Source: Candidatus Latescibacterota bacterium (GTDB lineage Bacteria > Latescibacterota > UBA2968). From it: 64,000 nucleotides of DNA. The translations under genes and the position numbers were made by a program. The notes below the pieces were generated by a model. That model was given only the letters and a program-made list of their open reading frames with translations, had not been told where the DNA came from and searched no databases. Shown here piece by piece: positions 48,805-58,908 of this stretch. Within the stretch, counting starts at the first letter, position 1. Each line of letters opens with the position of its first letter. The stretch is from the NCBI GenBank assembly GCA_965222605.1, contig OZ244960.1, forward strand, positions 576,001-640,000, in the 5' to 3' direction.

Positions 48805-48985
48805 CTATAGCCCCTGCAATTCAATCTCACCAGTGGCAATGCGCTGCAACGTCCGGACGTAGAGCCTGTGTTCCTGTTGCAACATCCGGGGCCTCGCTTG
48901 CAATCGTCCTGTTTTGCAGGCGTCGAGGATGGCCTGCATATTGGTACCTCTGAAAGCCCAGCTGCAAGATCCGTCCAATCGGCAT
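48805..48985 (-). pseudogene. purN: Phosphoribosylglycinamide formyltransferase remnant with internal deletions
   Basis: GGAGG RBS; MPIGRILQLGF /frameshift/ RGTNMQAILDACKTGRLQARP joined to RMLQQEHRLYVRTLQRIATGEIELQGL*, i.e. the PurN N- and C-terminal motifs with the core missing. Confidence 0.8.
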
Positions 48986-48999
48986 TTTCCCGTTCCTCC

Positions 49000-50739
49000 C
49001 TAATCCACCTTTTCCCCTGGCTTCCGATAAGAAGCCGAATATCGGTCGCCCTCTGGATCGTAAGACACATGCACCTGTCCATCGTGTACTACCAACCTGG
49101 GCACCGTGCGGTCCCGTCCATCGCGTTCGGGACCGCGCATAACCGCAAACTGTTCCTCAGTCATATCTTCGACCATATCGCCCCAGCGCTCCTGGGGATC
49201 GATCACGCCACCACCCCAGTTAGAGTTTTTGGACTGATATTTAACCAGCACACCCCGTCTGGGAATCGGATTTTTCCACGCCAGCGCGCCGTGTGTACAC
49301 CCACCATCCATAAAAAATAACACATCTCCCGCTTTCATCGCCGGCTGCGCCACCAGTCCCATCGTCTCGTCGCATGTACGGACTCCCGGAGGCATCGAAT
49401 ACTGCGTCTTGTGAGAACCTGGCACACAGGCAAACCCACCCAGATCCGGCTCCACATCCCGCAACTGCCACGTAACCGTCACCGTCTCGCAATGACTCCG
49501 ACCATTCTTAAACTGGTAGCCCCGCGAAGGACTCATCGGCTCATTCCCATCGTGCAAAGAGTGCCCCGATGTGCCCTGAACCGCACAGAATACCGTACCG
49601 CCACCCGTGCGATACCCGCTGGCTCCCATCCAGTTCAGCCGATGCACCACAGCGGGATGGGCAATCATCCGCCGGAACGAATCGCAATAGGGCGCGGGCA
49701 AATCCACCAAACCCGACAATAACGGCCGCCCCGTCCCGGCCTGGCTCTTCGAACCTCGCGCCAGTTCGTCACCAACCACAACCCGGTCCTGGAATTTATC
49801 TACCGCCCCATTAGCCTTTTCCAGCCATCCCTCGTCCATCACCCCGCGTACCACCAGATAGCCATTCAAATCCCAAAAATAAAATTCCTTCTCATCAATG
49901 GTCGAATTTGGGTCTTTGATATAAATCGAAGGGTGAATCACCTCAGAACTCTCTTCCACCCACGTCTTTTCACCATCGGTATTCAGTACCGGTGGCGGAT
50001 TAGATCCCTTAAACCCCGGCCTGTACATCACCGCCTTCTGTTCGGGAGGCGCACTCTCCGTCCACCCGGGTCGCGTTTCGATTTCAGCGCCCGGTCCCGG
50101 TCCATTCGACTGAATAACCGCCCGCCCCGCATACCAGTACGTCAACAGCCGTTTCGATGCTCCCGTCCACGGGCGCATCCCCTGCAAAGTAGATTCGGCC
50201 AGCAAAAATAAATCGCCCGCCTTTAGCACTGGCTGTTTCACCAGCCCCATATCGTCCTGTCCAGTCGCCAGATCCTGGGGCGTTTCCACATTGCTCTGAT
50301 GACTCGCCTGAACCACCACCAGTCCGCCATCTCCTTCCTTCACATCCTCCAGCACCCAGATCGCCTTCACCCCCTGGCACGATCGGCGACCATTTTGAAT
50401 AAAATACGCCCGGGACGGATTCCGAGGTTCATCTCCACCAACCAGGCCCTGTCCAATCTCCCCCTCACGGCTCCCTAACAATCGGGGCGCCTGATCCAGT
50501 CGGAACCCATGTCCAGTAATTTGATTCAAATACCACACCAGTTGCGGATGCACCAGCAAATCCCGAAATAAATCTCGCTGGGGTGCCTCCCAACCCAGCA
50601 TGCCTTCAGACGCGTCCACCTCGTCCAATGCTCTGTTCAAAGCCTCAACTTCCCCCCGGCTCAACACCCCTGGAACATGCAAATAGCCCGCCACATCAAA
50701 CGCATAGTCCTCTTCATTGCTCATCTCTTCCCGGTCCAT
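49000..50739 (-). CDS. Tandem two-domain PhyH-family protein (paralog of 45527-47287)
   Basis: Colinear similarity along the full length and a nearly identical RBS/start region. Confidence 0.88.
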   Translation of the reverse strand: MDREEMSNEEDYAFDVAGYLHVPGVLSRGEVEALNRALDEVDASEGMLGWEAPQRDLFRDLLVHPQLVWYLNQITGHGFRLDQAPRLLGSREGEIGQGLVGGDEPRNPSRAYFIQNGRRSCQGVKAIWVLEDVKEGDGGLVVVQASHQSNVETPQDLATGQDDMGLVKQPVLKAGDLFLLAESTLQGMRPWTGASKRLLTYWYAGRAVIQSNGPGPGAEIETRPGWTESAPPEQKAVMYRPGFKGSNPPPVLNTDGEKTWVEESSEVIHPSIYIKDPNSTIDEKEFYFWDLNGYLVVRGVMDEGWLEKANGAVDKFQDRVVVGDELARGSKSQAGTGRPLLSGLVDLPAPYCDSFRRMIAHPAVVHRLNWMGASGYRTGGGTVFCAVQGTSGHSLHDGNEPMSPSRGYQFKNGRSHCETVTVTWQLRDVEPDLGGFACVPGSHKTQYSMPPGVRTCDETMGLVAQPAMKAGDVLFFMDGGCTHGALAWKNPIPRRGVLVKYQSKNSNWGGGVIDPQERWGDMVEDMTEEQFAVMRGPERDGRDRTVPRLVVHDGQVHVSYDPEGDRYSASYRKPGEKVD

Positions 50740-50771
50740 CTCTGACCTCCTGTTGGAAGATACCGCGAATA

Positions 50772-51788
50772 TTAAATCTGATGCACCGCCTTGCGCTTCG
50801 TGCGCATACTGGCGTGCGATTCTGGCGACCCATCGTGAAACGTGCCAAACCAGTAATCAAATGGAAAATCGTTCTCCCCGTAATTGCACTCAAAATAGCG
50901 GTGATGTAACTGGTGAAAGAACGACGCCGCGGGCATTCTATCACTCCCTCCCACCTCAATTTTATCAAACCCCACATGCCCCTGCGCCGGCGTAAACGCC
51001 GCATGTTGTGCATTCATCAACATGTGAATCGGATGGGATGGCACCACCCAGTGAATCAGAATACAGCTAAAATACAACAAATGCTCAATCGGGTGCATAG
51101 CCAGCCCGGACCAGGGCCCGATATTGATATTCTTGTGATGCAAATAGTGCGCGGACTTGTACAGAGGTTTCCAATGGGTCAGGCGGTGAGCCCAATAAAA
51201 ATGGAAAAGCCGCCAGAACTGAATACCACATAGCAACGCAACAAAGTAAACCGGTTCTGTGCGCCAATCGACATAAGGGATAATCTCATTGGCAAACGCC
51301 CACATAGAAACCACTTCATAAGCCGTCCAGATCGTGCCCCCACTCACACAACTCCAAAAAATATTGTCGCGCAGTTGATTGCCCCCCAAAAACTTGCGAT
51401 TTGATGTGGCGAGCCATTTCGACGTGTATTTATACCGCGTGCCCTGCGCTTTGAACCTGTAGAAATACACATGCCACGCGCCCACAATGACGATTAGCAT
51501 CGCAATATTGCGCACATACATCTCGGCAATCCAATCCACGCGGAACTCCGCACAGCGCTCGAGCGCGGGTTGCAGATAAAGCCATGTTCCAATGGCAATA
51601 AGCATATAAATCGCGTTCCAGGGCCACAAATAGCCGGGAAAACCGAACATCCACTTCAGCGCCTCAACAGGACGCGGAGGCCACGCAAAAATCGGCGCAG
51701 GCGCCGGGCGTTTTGCGGGCTGCCACTCGCCACTTTCATCCCGAGCAACGCCATCTACGACTTCTCTCTCCACTTTGGTATCAGCCAT
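50772..51788 (-). CDS. Sterol desaturase/fatty acid hydroxylase-family protein
   Basis: His boxes HRLTH, HYLHH and HQLHH; NYG...DYWFGTF. Confidence 0.92.
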   Translation of the reverse strand: MADTKVEREVVDGVARDESGEWQPAKRPAPAPIFAWPPRPVEALKWMFGFPGYLWPWNAIYMLIAIGTWLYLQPALERCAEFRVDWIAEMYVRNIAMLIVIVGAWHVYFYRFKAQGTRYKYTSKWLATSNRKFLGGNQLRDNIFWSCVSGGTIWTAYEVVSMWAFANEIIPYVDWRTEPVYFVALLCGIQFWRLFHFYWAHRLTHWKPLYKSAHYLHHKNINIGPWSGLAMHPIEHLLYFSCILIHWVVPSHPIHMLMNAQHAAFTPAQGHVGFDKIEVGGSDRMPAASFFHQLHHRYFECNYGENDFPFDYWFGTFHDGSPESHASMRTKRKAVHQI

Positions 51789-51878
51789 CTTGCCCCTCCT
51801 TGTTGCGAAAATCCAACCTGTAGTTGCCTTTCCCCTACCGCCACCAATCCCTGCCTCTCGTCTATGTCTGTCTGGACA

Positions 51879-51946
51879 ATATCCTATATCCTACGGGCCC
51901 TCATCCTGCTCATCCTTTTATCCTGCTCATCCTGATCCTAAATCCT
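51879..51946. repeat. Short-period ATCCT-containing repeat
   Basis: CATCCTGCT CATCCTTTT ATCCTGCT CATCCTGAT CCTAAATCCT, period about 8-9 bp. Confidence 0.7.
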
Positions 51947-52597
51947 CCCGCTGACCCACTGAATACCCCGCATTAACACCGCCTGAAAATTTTCATCCTT
52001 CCACGTCTGATTGTCGTGCCCGCTCTGAAGGCAAAACACCTGCGTATCATTGTATTGTCGCGTCCAGCCAATCGACTTCATACACACCGGGTGATCTGTC
52101 GTCAGCAGCAACTGGCTATCCGCATCCGGCTCGCCCATCACATAAGTCTCATCGATCATCCCCCAATCGGATATCCCTCGCGTAATCGGATGATCCCCAT
52201 CCTCTATCGCAATCCGCATCGTCTCATCGTGGCTAAACGACTCAAACGACCCCGCAACAACACCGGCCATCTGCACCCAGGGGTCCCAATTTGGAAATGC
52301 CAAAATCGCGTGGTGCAACAACACAATACCCTTACCCGTTGCCAGCCAGGATTCCAGCGCGCTTCGAGGTCGCCCCATCCACCCGGGGCGGTTCTCATCT
52401 GTCGGACCTTCCTTGTGCATATTGTAAAACACAGCCACATCGTAAAAATCGCGGTCCTCTTCTCGCGACGATGCAAAATCCTCCAACGGCTGAATATAAG
52501 CATCCACACCTTCTATCTTGCGGAACAACCCGTGAAAATTCGGCACATCAAAACGGTGACCGCCGGTCACCACCGCCACCTTAATAGTGTCGTCCAT
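51938..52597 (-). CDS. ThuA-like (class I GATase-fold) protein
   Basis: VVTGGHRFD, GKGIVLLHH, HPITRG, DETY, GWTR...GHD. Start at MDDTIK. Confidence 0.88.
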   Translation of the reverse strand: MDDTIKVAVVTGGHRFDVPNFHGLFRKIEGVDAYIQPLEDFASSREEDRDFYDVAVFYNMHKEGPTDENRPGWMGRPRSALESWLATGKGIVLLHHAILAFPNWDPWVQMAGVVAGSFESFSHDETMRIAIEDGDHPITRGISDWGMIDETYVMGEPDADSQLLLTTDHPVCMKSIGWTRQYNDTQVFCLQSGHDNQTWKDENFQAVLMRGIQWVSGRI

Positions 52598-52620
52598 AAT
52601 CATACCTCCCTCAAAACAAC

Positions 52621-54069
52621 CTACCGACCTCGATTTGTCTCCCACACCGGACACTCCTGCCATGGCTCAAAATCTGGATTCTCTTCGGGAATCTTGGCTT
52701 CGATCTCCTCCTGCCACGCCTTCAAAAGTCCGTGCAACCGATCTCGTACATCGGGTAATTCACCTGAGAGGTCATGCTCCTCGCCAATATCCTCTCGCAG
52801 ATTGTACAACTCGACATGCCCGGATTCAAAAAATTCGATCAGTTTATAATCCCCCGCTCGAACAGAAGATCCAGGTGTCCCTCCCTGATTGCCATAATGC
52901 GGGAAATGCCAGTAAATCGCATCGCGCGTCAGATCGCCCCCCTTTAACAAAGGCGCGATACTCACCCCATCGCAATGCTGTTCGGGAATCAGATCCAGAC
53001 CCGCCATTTCCAGTATCGTCGGATAATAATCTGTACTTGTCACAGGAACATCGCAAACAGACCCCGCCTGTACCACGCCGGGCCATTTGACAATCAGCGG
53101 TTCCCGCGTTCCGCCTTCATACATCCAGCCCTTACCTTCAGCGAGCGGTGCATTGCACGTTGGCGAGCCTTCACTCGTCGCCAACCCACCATTATCTGAG
53201 GTGAACATAATCGCGGTATTATCGGCAATGCCCGCTGCTTCCAGCGCATATAGAATGCGCCCCACACTTTCATCCATGCTTTCGATCATCGCGGCATAAA
53301 CCGGATCGGACTGCACCTTCCGTCGCGTAATGCGCCTATCCTTCTTGTGTGCGCCAGGAAAAAAATCGCCCTCTTCAAACGGCTCAATTTTATCCAGGCC
53401 CATTGCTTTTGCTTTCTCTTTGTACTTCTCGATCTTTTCTCGCTTCGCCTGAATGGGTGTATGCACGGTATAATACCACAAATTCAGGAAAAACGGGCGA
53501 TCATCGCGGTTCTCGATCAAATCTATAACGCGATCCGTCAAATAATCCGTCAAATACGTACCATCTGGTACATCCACATCGTCCAACACCGGAATCGTCC
53601 AGGGACTAAAATAACCTCCTCGCCCGGGCGATCCCTGTTCACACCCGCCCACATTCACATCAAACCCGTGTTCATCGGGATAAAACGCAGGCCCGCCCAA
53701 ATGCCATTTGCCAACATGCCAGGTCGTATATCCCCCATCCTTCATCGCCTGTGCAAGCGTACGCTCTTCATGGGGCAGATACCTGAAATAGGGCACATCG
53801 ATCAATTTTCCGCGATTGGGATGATTCCTACCCATCCAATCAATAAAATTCGTCACCCCAACCCGCGCGGGATATTTGCCACTCATCACACTCGCGCGCG
53901 TTGGCGAACACACCGGGCACGACGCATACGCATCCGTAAACTTCATCCCCTCGGCGCACAACCGATCCAAATTGGGCGTTTCGTAAAACTCACTTCCGTA
54001 ACACGTCGTATCTGCCCATCCGTAATCGTCTAACAAAATAAAGATAATATTTGGTTTGCCCATTGCCAT
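52621..54069 (-). CDS. Cys-type sulfatase (S1 family)
   Basis: PNIIFILLDDYG, CSPTRAS, GKWHLG, SDNGG, YEGGTREP. Confidence 0.95.
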   Translation of the reverse strand: MAMGKPNIIFILLDDYGWADTTCYGSEFYETPNLDRLCAEGMKFTDAYASCPVCSPTRASVMSGKYPARVGVTNFIDWMGRNHPNRGKLIDVPYFRYLPHEERTLAQAMKDGGYTTWHVGKWHLGGPAFYPDEHGFDVNVGGCEQGSPGRGGYFSPWTIPVLDDVDVPDGTYLTDYLTDRVIDLIENRDDRPFFLNLWYYTVHTPIQAKREKIEKYKEKAKAMGLDKIEPFEEGDFFPGAHKKDRRITRRKVQSDPVYAAMIESMDESVGRILYALEAAGIADNTAIMFTSDNGGLATSEGSPTCNAPLAEGKGWMYEGGTREPLIVKWPGVVQAGSVCDVPVTSTDYYPTILEMAGLDLIPEQHCDGVSIAPLLKGGDLTRDAIYWHFPHYGNQGGTPGSSVRAGDYKLIEFFESGHVELYNLREDIGEEHDLSGELPDVRDRLHGLLKAWQEEIEAKIPEENPDFEPWQECPVWETNRGR

Positions 54070-55061
54070 TATATCTCCACATCCACACTCTTGCCAGAAG
54101 CACCCGACTCGCGTGCCGCGTGCAACACCTGCATCACCCGCAAACCGTGTTCGGCGGTAATAATCAACGCCTCACCCTCGCGCAAATGCCGGGCAATATT
54201 CGCGTGCAGATTTTCGCGCGGGACCGCATCGGTGCGCTCTTCCTGCGAATCTTCCCCATAAACCGTAACCTCATTACCTCCCCCACGCGCACACACAAGC
54301 GTGGCTTCCGTGCCCAGAACAATCCACTTATACGGCAGAGAATAATAAGAAATATCCGCCTTGGCAGCCCGCGCACGCACGCCATTGTCAAACACCATCA
54401 CAATATCAAACAAATCGTCTGAATCGCCCCACTTCGTATGCCGCACATCGGCAAATACCGATACCACCTTGTGACCCGACATCAAATCGATAATCTGCTC
54501 GATCCAGTGCGGACCAAAATCCAACAGGGTTCCCCCACCCGCCGCGGCTGTCACGCGCCATTGCTGATTGTAATCGGGCACACCAAAACCCACTGCGGGC
54601 CGCGCACCCATCGTGCGATTCTCAAGCGCAACAATCTCGCCAACCGCACCATCTAAAACCGCGTGCTTCACCAGACAATAATCGCGATCGTAATGCCGGT
54701 TGTGGTGCATCGTCAACATCACGCCATTGTCTTTGGCCGCCTGCACCATTTCCTCGGCCTCTGGCCCGGTCAAAGCCATGGGCTTTTCAATCAGCATGTG
54801 CTTCTTCGCCGCTGCCACCTTGAGCGCGTCGGCATAATGCGCCGCCGAATGCGTCGTAATCAAGACCAACTCGACATCCCAACCGAGAAATTCATCGAGA
54901 TTATCGGTCGCACGCATGCCTTCGGCAACCGCCGCTTCCCGCCTGGATTCCGTAATATCGCACACCCCCACCACATCGTACAACCCCGTCTCGCGCATCG
55001 TTCTCAGATGACCGCCAGCCACCCGCCCAAACCCGATAATACCTGCTCTAACTCTTTCCAT
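54069..55061 (-). CDS. Gfo/Idh/MocA-family oxidoreductase
   Basis: GIIGFGRVA, IEKPMA, HNRHYD, GGGTLLDFGPH. Confidence 0.92.
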   Translation of the reverse strand: MERVRAGIIGFGRVAGGHLRTMRETGLYDVVGVCDITESRREAAVAEGMRATDNLDEFLGWDVELVLITTHSAAHYADALKVAAAKKHMLIEKPMALTGPEAEEMVQAAKDNGVMLTMHHNRHYDRDYCLVKHAVLDGAVGEIVALENRTMGARPAVGFGVPDYNQQWRVTAAAGGGTLLDFGPHWIEQIIDLMSGHKVVSVFADVRHTKWGDSDDLFDIVMVFDNGVRARAAKADISYYSLPYKWIVLGTEATLVCARGGGNEVTVYGEDSQEERTDAVPRENLHANIARHLREGEALIITAEHGLRVMQVLHAARESGASGKSVDVEI

Positions 55062-55787
55062 TTATTTTTCCTCATCATCTCCGTATTCTTCACCGCGATA
55101 AGCCGCGCGCAATTCGGCGATATTCGTCGCCTTCTTAACGCGCTCTTGAAGCGCCTCCTCTCCTGCGATCAGTTCCTTTACATTCGCCAACACCTCCGCC
55201 ATCCGATCTGCGGGAAATTTAACCGCGCCATTTTCATCCATGTGAATAATCTCGCCAGGGGCAACATCCATGCCGCAAATCGACACCGGCACATTCACCG
55301 CCTGCACAGCCTGATCGCCATGGCCCGGCGATATACCCGTCAACAAATACTGAAATTCCATCGGACGGATTTCATCGATATCTCTCGACGGCCCATTTGA
55401 CACGCATCCCACGCACCCCAGTGCTTTCATCGTCGTCGTCATATTGCCACCTGCAAGCCCCACCTTACCCGCAATCTCCGGCGGGAACTTCTGCTCCAGT
55501 GCCAGTATCGTCGGCTTTGGCGATGCATCCAAAGCCTCGGACACATCCATAAATGACAACCGGCTAAATCCCGCATCTGGCAACGCAAAAGTACACGTCA
55601 CGGCATAACCGCACCGCGCGCCGAGTTCTGGATACATACACTTAATCGTCTGATCCGTGTACCAATTTTCAGTCCAGGGATTGTAAAGCCCCAAACACAA
55701 CGGATTATTCGGATACGTCGCCACCACATTTGTAATAGACGGTGTATCGAAATTCTCCAACTCCTTCAAAATCTCCTGCTCTGTCAT
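55062..55787 (-). CDS. RraA-family / HMG aldolase-like protein
   Basis: FDTPSITN, GYAVT, GCVSNGPSRDIDE, V.PGEIIHMDENG. Confidence 0.88.
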   Translation of the reverse strand: MTEQEILKELENFDTPSITNVVATYPNNPLCLGLYNPWTENWYTDQTIKCMYPELGARCGYAVTCTFALPDAGFSRLSFMDVSEALDASPKPTILALEQKFPPEIAGKVGLAGGNMTTTMKALGCVGCVSNGPSRDIDEIRPMEFQYLLTGISPGHGDQAVQAVNVPVSICGMDVAPGEIIHMDENGAVKFPADRMAEVLANVKELIAGEEALQERVKKATNIAELRAAYRGEEYGDDEEK

Positions 55788-56761
55788 GGTATTCTCCTTT
55801 TACCAATTTTCACCACATGTTCCTGATCCCAATCCTGGATCAACGGTTCCAAATCATTCCAAAACGCTTCGGGAATTTCAATACTGCCAGCTTCAGCATT
55901 TTGAATGGTCTCTGCTTTATTTCGCCCCCCGCAAATCGCCGTTGCAATCAACGGATGCCGCGTACACCACTGCAGCGATGCAGCCACCAGTGGAATGCCA
56001 TAATCGTCGCAAAGCGCTTTTATCCTTCCAACGCGGTCTAAAACCGCCTGACTAAAATTGCGATTCACATAAGAATGGCCGGGCACTGGTCCCGTCGCCA
56101 ACAAACCGCGTTCCAGAGGCGTAGCAAGTGCAATGCCCACATTGTGTTTTTCAGCACCGGGAAAAATGAAGGTATCCGCCGTGCGGTTCAACAAACTCCA
56201 TGCATCGGGAACCACCGCAGCATCAAACTCGCCCGTTTCAATATAGGGACCATTTGAATCGGGATCATTGGCGGCAATACCAACAAAACGCACCACACCC
56301 TCATCCTGCAATTTTCGCAACGCCCCAAGTGCGCCATCTTTTGCCATCACCTGTTGCATGGGAAAATCCATAGGATCGTGAATATACAGCACGCCAAACG
56401 CATCCATTCCCAACCGCTCCTGACTGCCTTCCACCTGCCGCATCACCCCGTCAAAAGAGAAATCGTATTCTTCTCCCGATCTTCCCACTTTTGTCGTCAC
56501 CGTACACTTTTCTGCCAGATCGGGGCGTTCGCGCAACGCGCGACCAATAATTTTTTCACTCGCGGTATCTCCGTAAAGTGGTGCAGTATCGACCAGTGTA
56601 CACCCAGCCTCAATAGCAGCCGCCACATTCTCTACCCCCACATCTTCATCAACTCCCGGCGACAAACGACCATCTACCCCCATCGTGCGAGCGAGAAATG
56701 CCGTACCAAAACCGACGATTGGAACCTCCAACCCCGTTCTACCCAATACCTTACTCTGCAT
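55784..56761 (-). CDS. Aldo/keto reductase
   Basis: LGRTGLEV, DTAPLYG, TTKVG, IHDP. Confidence 0.93.
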   Translation of the reverse strand: MQSKVLGRTGLEVPIVGFGTAFLARTMGVDGRLSPGVDEDVGVENVAAAIEAGCTLVDTAPLYGDTASEKIIGRALRERPDLAEKCTVTTKVGRSGEEYDFSFDGVMRQVEGSQERLGMDAFGVLYIHDPMDFPMQQVMAKDGALGALRKLQDEGVVRFVGIAANDPDSNGPYIETGEFDAAVVPDAWSLLNRTADTFIFPGAEKHNVGIALATPLERGLLATGPVPGHSYVNRNFSQAVLDRVGRIKALCDDYGIPLVAASLQWCTRHPLIATAICGGRNKAETIQNAEAGSIEIPEAFWNDLEPLIQDWDQEHVVKIGKRRIP

Positions 56762-56925
56762 CGCAAATCTCCTCCTGAAAAAACCCCTCGCATAATAGAC
56801 GACAGAACCCCGCGTGTCAATGCGAAAAAATCCCCTGCTCTGTGTGGTAAGTGATGTTACACAGCTTTAAGCAGATTAGCGTTGCTTGTCGAAAGTGTTG
56901 ATGATGATTCCACCTTTTTCTTTTT

Positions 56926-57007
56926 GTTCTGCCTTCGGCGTGGAGTCGAAGTGATAAAGACGGGTGTCATTGCGGCATGGTGTTAGCCGCCACGCCGCAG
57001 GCACAAC
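56926..57007. repeat. 18-bp imperfect inverted repeat (REP/MITE-like) at the edge of the defence island
   Basis: GTTCTGCCTTCGGCGTGG ... CCACGCCGCAGGCACAAC, 16 of 18 complementary. Confidence 0.6.
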
Positions 57008-57034
57008 GTCAGTAATCCAGTCGAGAAAAAAATA

Positions 57035-57087
57035 TTGACAAACTATCTCGTTATGTTATATTTGAAAATATTATGATAAATATAACA
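57035..57087 (+). promoter_or_regulatory. hsdM promoter with an overlapping palindromic operator
   Basis: TTGACA-N16-TATATT with a TGn extension; perfect IR TGTTATATTT (57054-63) / AAATATAACA (57078-87). Confidence 0.7.
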
Positions 57088-58908
57088 AATATACACAACA
57101 TTTCTGCTGTTTTGCGTGCCATCCGTGCCCATCTTGACCTGACACAGGAAGAACTCGCGGATCGCCTCGGCGTTGCCTTCGCCACCGTCAACCGCTGGGA
57201 AGGCGGCGTAACTAAGCCTCAGAAGGCAGCGCGAGAGGCAATCGCCGCACTCGCGGCCGATGCGGGAATCGACATTGCGGAAGTTACCGCAGAACCAGTC
57301 GAAGCAGCAGCACAAGTGACAAGACGACGGCGCGTTTCAAAAGCTCCTTCCACGAAGACTATGGAACAAATGCTGTGGGACGCAGCCTGCTCCATCCGAG
57401 GCGAAAAAGATGCGGCCAAGTTCAAAGATTATTTGCTCCCGCTCTTGTTCCTCAAACGCCTGTCCGATGTCTTCGACGATGAAATCGAGCGTCTTGCAGA
57501 GGAATATGGCGATCAAGAGACTGCCCTGGAAATTGCCGAGCTTGACCACGGACTATTGCGCTTTTATATCCCACCTGAGGCGCGATGGGCTGTCATAAAT
57601 GGACGCGAGAGTCATAATTGGCCTGATGACCAGGGGCGAAGTACGCGCCCGAAGGACATTGGCGAGCACCTGACCAAAGCAGTTCGCGCCATCGTACGGC
57701 ATAACCCCTCGCTCTCCGGCGTCATAGACCTTGAGGATTTCGCTGCCGAGCGCAATGGTGAGCGCGATATCAATCCCGCGAAACTCACCGAGGTCGTTGA
57801 GACCTTCTCCGATCCGCGCTACCGCCTGGGACTTGCCGACGTGCAACCCGATTTTCTCGGACGCGCCTACGAGTTCCTCCTGCGGAAATTTGCCGAAGGC
57901 TCTGGCCAAAGCGCGGGTGAATTTTTCACCCCAACCGAAGTCGGCCTTCTAATGGCCCACATCATGCGTCCAAGACCCGGCGAGGAATGCCACGACTATG
58001 CTTGCGGTTCGGCTGGTCTTCTCGTAAAACTCCAACTCATCGCTCGCGAACTCGATCCCATTAGTCGCGTGCCTCTCAAGCTCTATGGACAGGAACTACA
58101 GGCCGAAAGCTATGCGGTCGCCAAAATGAATGCTACCATCCACGACATGGAAACTGAAATTGAGCGCGGCGATACGATGATCAATCCGAAGTTCAAAACC
58201 GCAGACAGCAAAATCCGCACTTATGACATCGCGGTCGCTAATCCTATGTGGAATCAGCCATTCAATCCGGACATCTTCGCCGACGATCCCTTCGACCGCT
58301 TCCGTACCCAGGGCGGCGTCACCACAGGCAAAGGCGACTGGGCATGGCTTCAGCACACCCTCACCTGCTTGAACGAACGTGGACGTGCGGCTGTGGTGCT
58401 CGACACCGGCGCAGTAACGCGCGGCTCAGGAGCCAAACACGAAGACCGGGAACGCAACATCCGCAATTGGTTCGTCGAACACGATCTGATTGACGGCGTG
58501 ATCCTCCTCCCAGACAATCTGTTCTACAACACCAGTGCCGCTGGCGTAATCATCGTTCTCTCAAAGCGCAAACCCGCCGCACGGCAGAACAAAATCGTCC
58601 TCCTCAACGCCAGCCAGCGCGTGCGTAAGGGCCGTCCCAAAAACTATATCCCGGAAGAAGATCTACGCCCACTCGCAGCGGCCTACCTCAAGGGCGAACC
58701 TGTCGAGGGTGAGATCGCGGTCATCACGCGGAAGCAAGCAGAGGAAGCAGACTATAACCTCAGCCCGAGCCGATGGGTGGGGCAGACAGATATAGCGGTT
58801 CAGCGTCCGATAAAGGAGATTGTTGCTGAAATGCAGCGTCTTGATGATGAAGCCCGCGAGGTGGATGCGCGCTTGTTAGATATGTTGGCACAATTGCAAG
58901 AGAAATGA
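57073..58908 (+). CDS. hsdM: Type I R-M methyltransferase subunit with an N-terminal XRE helix-turn-helix
   Basis: [23 protein letters not shown] (HTH); [38 protein letters not shown]. Confidence 0.93.
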   Translation: MINITNIHNISAVLRAIRAHLDLTQEELADRLGVAFATVNRWEGGVTKPQKAAREAIAALAADAGIDIAEVTAEPVEAAAQVTRRRRVSKAPSTKTMEQMLWDAACSIRGEKDAAKFKDYLLPLLFLKRLSDVFDDEIERLAEEYGDQETALEIAELDHGLLRFYIPPEARWAVINGRESHNWPDDQGRSTRPKDIGEHLTKAVRAIVRHNPSLSGVIDLEDFAAERNGERDINPAKLTEVVETFSDPRYRLGLADVQPDFLGRAYEFLLRKFAEGSGQSAGEFFTPTEVGLLMAHIMRPRPGEECHDYACGSAGLLVKLQLIARELDPISRVPLKLYGQELQAESYAVAKMNATIHDMETEIERGDTMINPKFKTADSKIRTYDIAVANPMWNQPFNPDIFADDPFDRFRTQGGVTTGKGDWAWLQHTLTCLNERGRAAVVLDTGAVTRGSGAKHEDRERNIRNWFVEHDLIDGVILLPDNLFYNTSAAGVIIVLSKRKPAARQNKIVLLNASQRVRKGRPKNYIPEEDLRPLAAAYLKGEPVEGEIAVITRKQAEEADYNLSPSRWVGQTDIAVQRPIKEIVAEMQRLDDEAREVDARLLDMLAQLQEK

